From: Squalus acanthias
Lineage: Eukaryota
Assembly: GCA_030390025.1 (NCBI GenBank)
Contig: CM059425.1
Coordinates: 162,070,001-162,134,000 of the forward strand
Direction of reading: 5' to 3'
DNA length: 64,000 nt
Shown here: piece by piece, positions 26,225-39,650 of the stretch
How the letters are laid out: the number at the start of each line of letters is the position of its first letter
Numbering within the stretch: position 1 is the first letter of the stretch
Program-made: the position numbers and the translations under genes
Notes under the pieces: generated by a model
The model's database searches: none
The model's input: only the letters and a program-made list of their open reading frames with translations
Told to the model about the DNA's origin: nothing

Positions 26225-29200
26225 CTAGGCCGATGTAGCAGAGCCTGGTCTCCAATCGTCTTGGATCCGCTTGCCATTGGACCAAGACCTTGCTTTATCA
26301 AGCCCGTGTGGTAGCTGGTGTGACGGCCACCTCACGTTAAAAGAATTCACGCACAGGCATCTTCCACCCTTTAAAATGAAGTTCGAGACCTGGAACGTCA
26401 GGACCCTCATGGACAATCCCAACAGCGACGCCGTGCTGCTATCGTTGCCCGGGAGCTCAGACGTTTCGACATAGACATCGCCGCCCTAAGCGAGACCCGG
26501 TGGGCAGGGGAAGGCCAGCTCAAGGAGCAAGGCGGTGGTTACACCTTCTTCTGGAAAGGCAAACCTGAAGAAGAACGCCGCCTCCATGGGGTAGGCTTCG
26601 CCATAAAAAATGAGCTAGTTGAACGTCTCAGAGACTCCCCTTGTGGAATAAACGAACACCTCATGACTCTACGGCTCACCCTAGCCCGGAACCATTGCGC
26701 TACGGTCATCAGTGCGTACGCCCCAACACTGGAAGCCACAGACGAGACCAAAGAGGAATTCTACTCCAGCCTCGAACAATCCCTGTCCCGAGTCCAAACG
26801 GGCGACAAGCTGATCTTCCTTGGCGACTTCAACGCCAGAGTTGTAAAGGACACAGACCTCTGGGGAGGTGTGATCGGCAGAGAGGGGGTAGGGAAAGCCA
26901 ACTCCAATGGTACCCTCCTCCTGACGAAATGCTTAGAACATGGCCTTGTCATAACCAACACCTTGTTCCGTCAGAGAGACAAGTACAAGGCTTCATGGCA
27001 ACACCCTAGCTCCAAGCACTGGCATCTGCTGGACTACGTCATCGTCCGACCGAGGGAGCGCAACGACATCCGCATCACCCGCACCATGACAGGAGCTGAC
27101 GACTGCTGGACAGACCACTGCCTAATCCGCTCTGTCATCGACATCAATGTAGCCCCAAAACAGCGGCAGCAACAGAAGCAATGCCGCAGGAAAATCAACA
27201 CTGGAGCACTCAAAGACCCTGCTAAGAAAGCCCTATTCAGCCGGCGCCTCACAACCAACCTGACGACTCCCAGTGATTCAGAGACACAGAGTGTCCACAG
27301 CACCTGGTCTGCACTCAAGGCCTCCATAATCAGCACCTGTGAAGAGACGCTCGGCCACTCGACCAGGAAACACCAAGACTGGTTCGATGAGAACGACCAG
27401 GAGATCCAGGAGCTAATAAGCCACAAGCGCAAGGCATTCCTGATCTGGAATCAGCAACAGAACTCGAGAGCAAGAAAGCAGCTCTACAGACGCCTGAAGG
27501 CCGAGGTCCAACAAAAAACTCGCGACCTAAAGAACAGATCTCGCAGCTAGCCGACAACCACGATGTGCATGGATTCTTTAGCGCAGTCAAGACCACCTAC
27601 GGCCCAAGCACCCAAGGTCCGACCCCACTGCGGGCCAAGAAGAGAGAGGTACTCATCAAGGACAGAGAGGCAGTCAGTGCCCGTTGGAAGGAGCACTTCG
27701 AAGATCTCCTGAACCGAGACACTGTCTTCGACGTGAGTGTCCTCAACTCCATCCCGGAGCATGCTACCTGCCACCACCTCAGCATAACCCCAGCCCGGCA
27801 TGATGTTGAAAAGGCCATCCGACAACTGAAGAAGAACAAGGCCTCAGGGGCAGAAGCAATCCCCGCCGAGGCGTTAAAACATGGCGGAGAAGCACTATTG
27901 GCGTGAATACATGAACTAATTTCTCTTATTTGGAAGGAGGAGAGCATGCCAGGGGATCTCAGAGACGCCGTAATCGTGACCATCTTCAAGAAAGGTGACA
28001 AGTCCGAATGTGGTAATTACAGAGGAGTCTCCCTGCCGTCTGGCACAGGGAAAGTCATCGCAAGAATCCTCCTCAATCGCCTTCTCCCAGTGGCTGAAGA
28101 GCTCCTCCCAGAGTCGCAATTCGGATTCTGCCCACTAAGGGGCACAATGGACATGATCTTCACCGCGCGTCAACTACAAGAGAAATGCAGGGAACAGCAC
28201 CAACCGCTGTACATGGCTTTCTTTGGCCTCACAAAGACCTTCGACACCGTCAACCATGAGGGATTATGGAGTGTCCTCCTCAAATTCGGCTGCCCTCAAA
28301 GGTTTGTCACCATCCTCCGCCTGCTTCACGACGACATGCAAGCCATGATCCTGACCAACGGATCCACCACAGACCCAATTCACGTACGGACCGGGGTCAA
28401 GCAAGGCTATGTCATCGCACCAACGCTCTTCTCGATCTTCCTGCCTGCAATGCTCCATCTCACCCTCAGTAAGCTCCCCGCTGGAGTGGAGCTAATCTAC
28501 AGAACAAACGGGAAACTGTTCAACTCCGACGCCTCCAGTCCAGATCCAAGGTCGTCCCATCCTCTGTCATCGGATTACAGTATGCAGACGACGCTTGCGT
28601 CTGCGCACACTCTAAGGTCAAACTCCAAACCATCATCAACACTTTCACCGAAGCGTACAAGAGCATGGGCCTTACACTAAACATCCATAAGACAAAGGTC
28701 CTCTACCAACCTGCCCCCACAACACAGTACTGCCCCCCGATTATCAAAATCCATGACGAGGCCTTGGACAACGTGGACCACTTTCCATACCTCAGGAGCC
28801 TACTGTCACAAGGGTAGATGTCGATGACGAAGTCCAACACCGCCTTCAGTGTGCCAGTGCAGCCTTCGGTCGCCTGAGGAAGAGAGTGTTTGAAGACCAG
28901 GACCTCAAACCTAGCACCAAGCTCATGGTCTACAGAGCAGTAGTGATACCCACCCTCCTGTATGCTTCAGAGACATAGACCATGTACAGCAGGCACCTCA
29001 AAGCACTGGAGAGGTACCAGCAACACTGCCTCCGCAAGATCCTGCAAATCGATTGGCAGGATAGGCGCACCAACGTCAGTGTTCTCGCTCAGGCCAACAT
29101 CCCCAGCATCGAAGCTTTGACCACGCTCGATCAGCTCCAATGGACAGGCCACATCGTCCGCATGCCCGATACGAGACTCCCAAAACAAGCCCTCTACTCA

Positions 29201-29592
29201 GAGCTCTGACACGGCAAGAGAGCCTCAGGTGGGCAGAGGAAACGCTTCAAGGACATCCTCAAAGCCTCCTTGAAAAAGTGCAACATCCCCACCGACACCT
29301 GGGAATCCCTGGCCCAAGACCGCACAAAGTGGAGGAGAAGCATTCGGGAAGGCGCCGAACACCTCAAGTCTCTTCGCCGGGATCAAGCGGAGCCAAGCGC
29401 AAACAGCAGAAGCAGCGCATGTCAACTCAAGCACCCCACCCACCCACCCCCTCAACCACTGTCTGCCCCACCTGTGACAGAGACTGTAGGTCCCACATTG
29501 GACTCATCAGTCACCTTGGAACTCATTTTTAGTGTGGAAGCAAGTCATCCTCGGTTCCGAGGGACTGCCTAAGAAGAAAAGAGAAGAAGAGA
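26225..29592 (+). mobile_element. Near full-length RTE-clade LINE (APE + RT + C2H2 finger), frameshifted
   Basis: TWNVRTL, SAYAPT, GDFNARV, WHLLDY, TDH, RGTMDMIF, GVKQG, YADD, RLPKQALYSEL, CPTCDRDCRSHIGLISHLGTH; (AAG)n-like tail. Confidence 0.92.
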
Positions 29593-30153
29593 CACCAAGG
29601 GCAAGCCTGCAATCCTTGTGAAGCCATGTGCTCTCTGGAAAGAGAGAATGAAATGTATTCAGCTCTCTTGGAATACAGAGCCTCAGTGAGCCTTATGCAA
29701 CAGTGGACGGCAAACTGGGAGATGTTGCAAATATCTCCATTTCCAGCATAAAAGTTCACCGTCACCTTCACAGCCACTGACAATGTGGTCCTCGCCCTGC
29801 TCTGTGGTTGTAGTTGTGGCTCCAGCAGGTGGCAGATATCATTGAGGACGTTGTTAGAAAAGCGCAGACGACTAACACACTGTTGCTCGCCAAGGTTCAG
29901 GTAGGAGTATTGCTCCCTGAACACCCTGGGCGGATATGGCCTCCTGCTGAGCACCCCTCTCCCTCTCCTCCTCCTGCCTCTTCTAGCAGCTGACCCTCCT
30001 CTGAGTCGCCTCTGCTTATGTTCCCTGTCATGCTGTAGGCCAAGTGGAATGCCTACGACTGCACCCATGTTTGGGAGTAAGTGATCTGTGCAGAATCCTT
30101 GAAGTCAGGACAAAGTCCTTCAGCACCTGTCACCCCACTCCCTGCAGACCTGT

Positions 30154-31493
30154 AAAAAAAAAATTAACGGGCATTTGGAGAGGTATAAGCTAATTAAGGA
30201 GAGCCAACACGGGTTTGTAAAAGGAAGCTCGTGTTTGACTAATCTAATTGAATTTTCTGATGAAATAACAGAGAGGATTGATGAAGGGAATGCAATGGAT
30301 GTTCTCTACATGGATTTTCAGAAAGCGTTTGACAAAGTACCACATGGAAGGCTAGTTAACAAAATTGAGGCTCATGGAATAGGTGGGTCAGTGGCAGCTT
30401 GGATAAGGAATTGGCTTAAGGACAGAAAACAGCGAGTTGTGGTAAATGGCTGTTTTTCAGACTGGAGGATGGTAGACAGTGGTGTTCCCCAAGGGTCAGT
30501 GCTGGGGCCACTGCTTTTTTTGATATATATAAATGACCTGGATATTGGAATACAGAGTAGAATTTCTAAATTTGCAGATGACACCAAACTTGGGAGTGTG
30601 GCAAACAGTGATGATGATACCAATCGACTGCAACAGGACATAGAAAGGCTAGCAGAATGGGCAGACAAGTGGCAGATGGAATTTAATAGAGAAGTGTGAG
30701 GTGATGCATTTTGGCAGAAGGAACAGGGAGAGGCAATATGCACTTAATGGCACAGTTTTAAAGAGTGTGCAGGGACAGAGGGACCTGGGAGTTAATGTGC
30801 ATAGGTCCCTGAAGGTGGCAGGACATATTGAGAGAGTAGTTAACAAAGCATATGGGATCTTGGGCTTCATAAATAGAGGTATTGAGTACAAAAGTAGAGA
30901 AGTTATGCTGAACCTTTATAAAGCGCTGGTTAGGCCACAACTGGAGTATTGCATCCAGTTCTGGTCACCACACTTTAGGAAGGATTTGAAGGCCCTTGAG
31001 AGGGTGCAGAGGAGATTTACCAGAATTGTTCCGGGGATGGGGGAATCTTAGCTACAAGGACAGGTTGGAGAAGCTGGATTTGTTTTCATTCGAGCAAAGG
31101 AGGTTGAGGGGTGATTTGATAGAGGTGTACAAGATTATGACGGGTTTGGATAGGCTAGACAGGGAAAGGCTGTTCCCACTAGTTGATGGTACAAGGACTA
31201 GGGGACACAGATTAAGGTTTTGGGCAAAAGATACAGGGGGGATGTGAGGAAAAGCTTTTTTACACAGCGAGTGGTGATGACCTGGAATTCGCTGCCGACG
31301 AAAGTGGTGGAAGCGGAGGCACTCAATGTTTTCAAGGGGAGACTGGATAGGCACTTGAGGGAAATAAACTTGCAGGGCTACGGGGATAGAGCGGGGGAAT
31401 GGGACTGACTGGATTGCTCTACAGAGAGCCGGCACGGACTCGATGGGCCGAATGGCCACCTTCTGTGCCATTATGACTCTATGACTGTATGAC
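30154..31493 (+). mobile_element. CR1 LINE 3' portion (second subfamily)
   Basis: [44 protein letters not shown]; tail tatgactctatgactgtatgac. Confidence 0.92.
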
Positions 31494-32451
31494 TTCAGCA
31501 ACTTCAAAGAACTCCCAAAACCACCAAACACTTCTACAAACGCAGCAACAGCCAGTAGAAATCAATCAGCAACTAACCTGTAAGTAGTTGATGATCCCTT
31601 TAAATAGCGCTGGTGGGGGGTCCTTCCTGCTGCTGAATGCGTGTTCAGCTATGCGAACTTACGAGAGGGTGTTAGCTGGAGCATTGAGCTCCAAAATAGC
31701 AGCGCTGGTGCAAATCAGCGTTACACGCTGATTGACGTCACAATCTGCCCATACTTTCAGCGGACACTCCCTGCACCCATGCTAACACCCTACTCAAGCT
31801 GGCGTCCGTCGCAGCCTGCACCATAAGTGTGCATACGCGCCACAGATTCCAAACAACGGGCGCTATGGAGCTAAATTTTGCGGCCCTAATCTCTGCTGGA
31901 AGTAAGTATTTAGAAACTAATAGCGGCTATGGTTTACTTCCTCACGTGCTAAGGTCTCAAACATGCCCACTTGAATATAAGTCTTCCCTATTATTTTAAA
32001 ATTATCACAAGTTTTCCAATACTTTTTAAAATCCTAAAATATGTGATTTGTTCATCAAGCACCTATTTCTGTTTTTCCGTGTCCTTTTGTCATTTTGCTC
32101 TTTCCTCTCACGGAACTTTCTGTCTCGGTCTCACTAGCTCCGAATTTAAGGCAGGGGGGAGGGAGGCGGGAAGGCCCCATGACATCGCCAGTGAGAGGCC
32201 CGGAAGATTTTAACACCTGGGCCTCATTTCATTATGACTGATGAGCTGTCCATCCGATCGTGTAGAGAAACTGGCAGGTCGCCCAATTTCTGGCGGGTCT
32301 CTCGAGGTCTTGTAATCCTGTTGCAAGGAGGGGAATTTGAGAAATGAGTCAGAGGGCTGCCCCTAGGTTTTCAGATGCCTCCTTGGAGGTCCTCGTGGAG
32401 GAAGTCAGGGCAAGAAGAGAAGTGCTGTTCCCCAGCACTCACAGGAGTATC

Positions 32452-32848
32452 ACAACAACAACACCAACAACAACTTGCACTTATATCGTGCCTATAACGT
32501 AGTAAAACATCCCAAGGCACTTCACAGAAGTGTTATAAAACAAAATTTGACACCGAGCAACATAAGGAGAAATTAGGGCAGATGCCCAAAGCTTGGTCAA
32601 AGAGGTAAGGAGTGTCTTAATGGAGGAAAGAGAGGTAGAGAGGCAGAGAGGTTTAGGGACGGAATTCCAGAGCTTAGGGCCAAAGCAGCTGAAGGCATGG
32701 TCACCAATGGTTGAGCAATTAAAATCAGGGGTGCTTAAGAGGCCAGAATTGGAGGAGTGCAGATATCCCGGGGGATTGTGGAGCTGGAGGAGATTACAGA
32801 GATAGGGAGGGGCAAGGCCATTGAGGGATTTGAAAACAAGGATGATCA
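32452..32848 (-). mobile_element. L2 3' end inserted in a Harbinger Myb remnant
   Basis: (caa)n tail and LAPPYLCNLL..KLWNS motif; flanked by RAAPRFSDASLEVLVEEV at about 32355-32450. Confidence 0.82.
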
Positions 32849-33277
32849 CCAGGGCCAATATTCAGCAGAACTGGTCAGTTCCAGCAGCATCACCCCCAGC
32901 ACCTGCCTTCAGTATGGAAGAGGTTCAATCACCTCACAAGTGCAGCAAGGGTGAGTACAGCTCTTCATCACTCCACCTCTCTGAACAACACCTGACAACA
33001 TTCCTTTCACCCCTTCCTGCCACTCTCAATAGTTATCAGCCGTCCATCACATCCTTCAATATACAATCATAAGGGCACACTGCAACACCTCTCTTTCTCA
33101 TTCCAAATGCAGTCACCTCTTCCTTTGCTCTCTTCACACCACACAGTAACAGCATTTGTTTCTCACATCCGAGAGCTCGCACACCACCAACTCCTCCCAA
33201 CAATTCCTTCTCACTTCACATTCACATACTTGGCTTTACATTCATCACCTCCCCATCCTCATTCCATCTTGCTTCTT

Positions 33278-36200
33278 TTTTTAAAATTAGTTTTATGGGA
33301 TGTGGGCGTCGCTGGCAAGGCCAACATTTAATGCCCATACCTAATTGCTCTTGAGAATGTGGTGGTGAGCCGCCTACTTGAACCGCTGCAGTCCGTGTGG
33401 TGAAGGTACTCCCACAGTGCTGTTAGGTAGGGAGTTCCAGGATTTTGATCCAGCGACGATGAAGGATCGGCGATATACTTCTATGTCAAGATGGTGTGTG
33501 ACTTGGAGGGGAACTTGGAAGTGGTGGTGTTCCCATGCGCCTGTTGCCCTTGTCCTTCTAGGTGGAAGAGGCGCGGGTTTGAGAGGTGCTGCCGAAGAAG
33601 CCTTGGCGAGTTGCTGCAGTGCATCTTGTAGATGGTACACACAGCAGCCACGGTATGCCGGTGGTGGAGGGAGTGAATGTTAAAGGTGGTGGAAGGGGTG
33701 CCAATCAAGCGGGCTGCTTTGTCCTGGATGGTGTCGAGCTTCTTGAGAGTTGTTGGAGCTGCACTCATCCAGGCAAGTGGAGAGTATTCCATCACACTCC
33801 TTACTTGTGCCTTGTAGATGGTGAAAAGGCTTTGGGGAGTCAGGATGTGAGACACTCGCCGCAGAATACCTAGCCTCTGACCTGCTCTTGTTGCCACAGT
33901 ATTTATGTGGCTGGTCCAGTTATGTTTCTGGTTAATGGTGACCCCCAGGATGTTGATGGTGGGGGATTCGGCGATGGTAATGCCGTTGAATGTCAAAGGG
34001 AGGTGGTTAGACTCTCGCTTGTTGGAGATAGTCATTGCCTGGCACTTCTGTGGCGCGAATGTTACCTGCCACTTGTCAGCTCAAGCCTGAATGTCATCCA
34101 AGTCTTGTTGCATGCGGGCATGGACTGCTTCATTATCTGAGGAGTTGTGAATGGCGCTGAACACTGTGCAGTCATCAGCGAACATCCCAATTTCAGCCCT
34201 TATGTTGGAGGGAAGGTCATTGATGAAGCAGCTGAAGATGGTTGGGCCTAGGACACTGTCCTGAGGAACTCCTGCAGCGATGTCCTGGGGCTGTGATGAT
34301 TGACCTTCAACCACCACAACCATATTCCTTTGTGCTAGATATGACTCCAGCCAGTGGAGAGTTTTCCCCCGATTCCCATTGACTTCAGTTTTACTGGGGC
34401 TCCTTGATGCCACACTCGGTCAAATGCTGCCTTGATGTCAAGGGCAGTCACTCTCACCTCACCTCTGGAATTCAGCTCTTTTGTCCATGTTTGGACCAAG
34501 GCTGTAATGAGGTCGGGAGCCGAGTGGTCTTGGCAGAACCCAAACTGGGCATCAGTGAGCAGGTTTTTAGTGAGTAAGTGCCACTTGATAGCACTATCGA
34601 TGACACCTTCCATCACTTTGCTGATGATTGAGAGTAGACTGATGGGGTGGTACTTGGCCGGGTTGGATTTGTCCTGCTTTTTGTGGACAGGACATACCTG
34701 GGCAGTTTTCCACATTGTTGGATAGATGCCAGTGTTGTAGCTGTACTGTCTTTAGTGCGATAGCCGGGATGTTGTCGGAGCCCATAGCCTTTGCTGTATC
34801 CAGTGCGCTCAGCCATTTCTTGATATCACGTGGAGTGAATTGAATTGGCTGAAGACTGGCTTCAGTGATGGTGGGGACCTCAGGAGTAGGCTGATACGGA
34901 TCATCCACTCGGCACTTCTGGCTGAAGATGGTTGCAAACGCTTTAGCCTTGTCTTTTGCACTATGTGCTGGGCTCCACCATCATTGAGGATGGGGATATT
35001 CACGGAGCCTCCTCCTCCCGTTAGTTGTTTAATGGTCCACCACCATTCACAACTGGATGTGGCAGGACTGCAGAGCTTTGATCTGATCCGTTGATTGTGG
35101 GATCGCTTAGCCGTGTCTATAGCATGCTGCTTCCGCTTTTTAGCATGCATGTAGTCCTGTGCTGCAGCTTCCCCAGGTTGGCACCTCATTTTTAGGTACG
35201 CCTAGTGCTGCTCCTGGCATGCGCTTCTACACTCCTTATTGAACCAGGGTTGGTCCCCTGGCTTGGTGGTAATGGTGGAGTGAGGGATATGCCGGGACAT
35301 GAGGTTACAGATTGTTGTGGAATACAATTCTGCTGCTGCTGATGGCCCACAGCGCCTCATGGATGCCCAGTTTTGAGCTGCTAGATCTGTTCTGAATCTA
35401 TCCCATTTAGCACGGTGGTAGTGCCACACAACACGATGGAGGGTGTCCTCAGTGTGAGGACGGGACTTCGTCTCCACAATGACTGTGCGGTGGTCACTCC
35501 TACCAATACTGTCATGGACAGATGCATCTGCGACAGGTAGATTGGTGAGGACGAGGTCAAGTAGGTTTTTCTCTCGTGTTGGTTCTCTCACCACCTGTCG
35601 CAGGCTCAGACTGGCAGTTATGTCCTTCAGGACTCAGCCAGCTCGGTCAGTAGTGGTGCTACCGAGCCACTCTTGGTGATGGACATTGAAGTCTCCCACC
35701 CAGAGTACATTCTGTGCCCTTGCTACTCTCAGTGCTTCTTCCAAGTGGTGTTCAACATGGAGGAGCACTGATTCATCAGCTGAGGGAGGGCGGTAGGTGG
35801 TAATCAGCAGGAGGTTTCCTTGCCCATGCTTGACCTGAAGCCATGAGACTTCATGGGGTCCTGAGTCAGTGTTGAGGACTCTCAGGGCCACTTCTTCCCG
35901 ACTGTATACCACAGTGCCCCCACCGCTGGTGGGTCTGTCCTACAGGTGGCACAGGACATACCCAGGGATGGTGATGGAGGAGTTTGGGAACATTGGCCGA
36001 AAGGTATGATTCTGTGAATATGACTATATCAGGCTGTTGCTTGACTGGTCTGTGGGATAGCTCTCCCAATTTTGGCACAAGTCCCCAGATGTTGGTGAGG
36101 AGGACTTTGTAGCGTCGACTGGGCTGGGTGTGCCGTTGCCGTGTCCGTAGCCGGTGCCGAGGTCAGTGCCGGGTGGTCCGCCCGGTTTCATGCTTATTAT

Positions 36201-36529
36201 GTTTCGTAGCGGTTAGTTACAACTGAGTGACTTGCTAGGCCATTTTAGAGGGCAGTTAAGAGTCAACCACATTGCTGTGGGTCTGGAGTATAGGCCAGAC
36301 CAGGTAAGGACAGCAGATTTCCTTCCCTAAAGGACATTAGTGAACCAGATGGGTTTTTACGACAATCCAATAGTTCCATGGTTACCATTACTGATACTAG
36401 CTTTTTATTCCAGATTTATTTAATTAACTGAATTCAATTTCCCCAGCTGCCATTGCTGCCATCACAGGATCATTAGTTCAGGCCTCTGGATTACTAGCCC
36501 AGTGACATTACCACTACGCTACCGTTCCC
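33278..36529 (-). mobile_element. Apparently full-length single-ORF LINE (family B; APE + RT) with tRNA/SINE-like 5' end
   Basis: TNIWGL..KLGEL...PDIVIFTES, TTYRPP, VGDFN, LDLVLTN, SDH, PWF, ALDIKAAFDRVWH, GVPQ.SVLGP, FADD; 5' end GGGAACGGTAGCGTAGTGG; candidate TSD ttctt (33273-33277, 36530-36534). Confidence 0.85.
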
Positions 36530-36602
36530 TTCTTCTCCAGCTTTCAGCACTGGGCCCTGCACATCTCTACTTAGCTTTTTCACAGCCATTCACTAACTCT
36601 TA

Positions 36603-37434
36603 GGGCTGGATTTTCTCAGCCCCGAGGAGGCGGGTATGGAGGCGGGACTGCCGGGAAAGTTGCAGAATTTAGGGGCGGATGGCAAACCCGCCCCCAACCC
36701 GCCTCCGTGCCCTCTTGCCAGGAGGCGGGAAGCCACCCGGCCCCAGGTCCCGTCTCCTTGGAGGCGGGAAGGGATTAAAGCCTATTAACTGCCTGTTAAC
36801 CGGTAGTTAACAGGCAGAAAATAGGATTATCCCTATTTTTGGCACTGAAGTGCGGGCTTCCCGACCTGGGGGAACCCCACCAGGGTGTAGGAGGCGAAGA
36901 GGAGGTCTGCGGGGGTCGGAGGGGTCTGAAAGTGCGATGTAGAGGTGAGTGATGGGTGCAAGTGTGGAGTGGTAAGTATGTGAGGTGAGTGTAAAGTGTT
37001 AGAAAATGTTAACTTACCTTTGTTTCGCCCTACAGCTGTGGAGCCGTAGTCCCTGACATCTCCATTGTAGAGATCACAGACTGGCTGTTGGATCCTCCGA
37101 CCCAACAGCCAGCTGATTTCTGCAAAGTTGAAAGGTTTGATGAGTCCTGAACACAAGGTCTCATCAAACTACACAGAATATCAGTGTTTGACAGCTTCAC
37201 AGAGCTGTCAAACGATGACATTTCTTCTTTCAAAAGTTCTTGACAGATGACACGTCATACGTTGACGTGCTCTGTCACTGACTTCCCCCTAATTGGCCTG
37301 CTGAGCCCGCTGGGCGGGCTTAACAAGGTCAATCAGGGGAAAATCCCGCTGGTTGGCCAGAAGCTGATGGAGGCGGGATTGAAAGCTAGCAACAGTCCCG
37401 CCTCCAAAAGCTTCCCATTGAGAAAATCCAGCCC
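36603..37434. mobile_element. Harbinger MITE
   Basis: Perfect 16-bp TIR GGGCTGGATTTTCTCA; TTA target duplication both sides. Confidence 0.9.
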
Positions 37435-37859
37435 TTATTCTCTCTTTCTACAAGACAAATCAACACACAACGCAAAGGAGAAGACCAAAACCGGAGTAGG
37501 AGTACCCAACATCATAGCCTTCACCCAGTAAAGCACAAAGCTCTGGAGATTAGTGGCCCAGGCAAAGCCATGAGCACCAGGGAAGGCAAGTCTGGTGGCT
37601 TATCTCAGAAGGTTGTCTGCATATTACTTATGACCCTTTATTTTCCTGAACAAATATTCTGCAAGCTTCACAACTTCAAGCTGCATTCTAATGACTGACA
37701 TATGCTAATGTCCAGATTCCCAGTGCCATCCCTGGCACTTTGGTCTGCAGTGTCGTTTATGGCAGCTTCTGAGTCTGCATTGTCATTATGTCACTATGTG
37801 GCTGAATGGTTTCAATGTTCTTTAATGCAAGATTAAGGGAGTGGTGAAGGATGAAACAA

Positions 37860-39650
37860 AGACTGTTAATGCAGAGAGGCTTTGTGTAAGTTTTCATTGC
37901 AGGGGAATGACCTGGTCACCAGAATCACTGAGCAATGAACTCATTCCTCACATCTCTTGCCACAAGATGTTGAGGTAGCCCTCTTCTCCAGATGAGGATT
38001 GTTGCTGCTGCTGTGTCTCCTCCAAATGCAGGCCTTTCTCTGTATAGCTAGGGTGTGCTACACCACTGTGATGCGGGACACTTTTTCTGGGGCATATTGT
38101 AGCGAGTAGGGAGTCCCCAGACCCATCGAGACACCTGAACCTTTGCTTCACCAGCCCTGTGTTGTGCACAATAATCATCCTGGTGATCCCCTGGCTTTGT
38201 TTATACCTGCGTTGCTCAGGCATGGTGGGGTTGTAGAGGTGTCATGAGGCATGTGCGAAACGGTTATCCCTGGTCCCCCAGCAGTCCTTCTGTCAAGTTC
38301 CTGGAAGGGTCAGATATTGGTGGGATGGGAGAATGTCACAGGATAAATGCATTGTGCCTGGGTACTTTCCACAAACTTGTATGATCCTGTTCCTGTGATC
38401 GGTGACTACCTGGACATTAATAGAGTGTAGCAGTTTCAATTCGTGAAGGCTTCTAGCTGGTGTTCAGGTGCCCTGATTGCAACATTTGTGCAGTCAATGA
38501 CACCCTGGTTGTAAGGGAAACTAGCTTGTAAGGCAATGAAACAATATCTGGGCAACATTCAAGCTTGGGCTGATAAGTGGCAAGTAACATTCGTGCCACA
38601 CACGTGCCAGGCAATGACCATCTTCAACAAGAGAGAGTCTAACCACCTCCCCTTGACATTCAACGGCATTACCATCGTTAACTCCCCCACCATCAACATC
38701 GTGGGGGTCACCATTGACGAGAAACTTAACTGGACCAGCCACATTAAATACTGTGGCTACAAGAGCAGGTCAGAGTCTGGGTATTCTGCGGTGAGTGACT
38801 CACCTACTGGCTCCCCAAAACCTTTCCACCATCTACAACGCACAAGTCAGGAGTGTGATGGAATACTCTCCACTTGCCTGGATGAGTACAGTTCCAACAA
38901 CACTCAAGACGCTCAACACCATCTGGAACAAAGCAGCCCACTTGATTGGCACCCCATCCACCACCTTAAACATTCTCTCCCTCCACCACCGGCGCTCCGT
39001 GTCTGCAGTGTGTACCATCTACAAGATGCACTGCAGAAATTCACCAAGGCTTCTTCGACAGCACCTCCCAAACCCACAACCTCTGCCACCTAGAAGAACA
39101 AGGGCAGCAGGTGCATGGGACCACCACCTCCAAGTTCTTCGCCAAGCCACACACCATCCTGACTTGGAAATATATCACCGTTCCTTCATCGTTGCTGGGT
39201 CAAAATCCTGGAGCTCCCTCCCTAACAATACTATGGGAGTACCTTCACCACACGGACTACATGGTTCAAGAAGGCAGCTCACCACCAGCTTCTCAAGGGC
39301 AATTAGGGAGGGGCATTAAAGGCTGGAAATCCCTACGCTCTTTGTGTTGACTGTTGTGGTCAATGGGGAAGGTGATGTGCTAGCTCTGGCAAACAGTGAC
39401 AGTGACCTGCTTAATGCAGTTGTGTATTGCAGACCGGGAGATGCGACTGATATCCCCTGTAGCAGACTGGAAGGAGCTAGAGGCAAAGAAGTTAAGGGTT
39501 GTGCTGATTTTGACAGCTACTGGCAAAGCATGACACCCTGGTCCAGCAGGCATCAGGTCCTGTTGCAGTAGGCTTGCTTGATAGATCCAAGGAAGTGACT
39601 CTTGGCTATACACCCTGTGTGCTGGGAAAATACTTCTGAAATTCAACTTG
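37860..39650 (-). mobile_element. Heavily decayed Harbinger transposase, split by a LINE
   Basis: LVKQRFRCLD.SG, ALPVAVKISTTLNFFAS.SFQ..TGD..ISRSAIHNCIKQVT, gtgcagtcaatgacaccctg (QGVIDCT). Confidence 0.7.
38545..39322 (+). mobile_element. LINE family B 3' fragment
   Basis: IQAWADKWQVTF, IYNAQVRSVMEYSPLAW; tail caagggcaattaggg. Confidence 0.85.

Larger units (their letters stand above)
21814..31886 (+). mobile_element. Autonomous-type PIF/Harbinger transposon (Myb/SANT gene +, DDE transposase -), decayed, interrupted by L2, RTE and CR1
   Basis: Termini ggggctaaattc / aaattttgcggccc with tag/taa flanks. Minus-strand transposase motifs RPYPPRVFR, RLRFS, SQFAVHCCI, WLLGDKGYPL, VVVCCMLHNLA at about 25650-30068. 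Confidence 0.85.

Noticed and set aside
36470..36529. tRNA gene
   Set aside because: Only box A and a partial arm; no T-arm or acceptor stem; it is the head of a retroelement.
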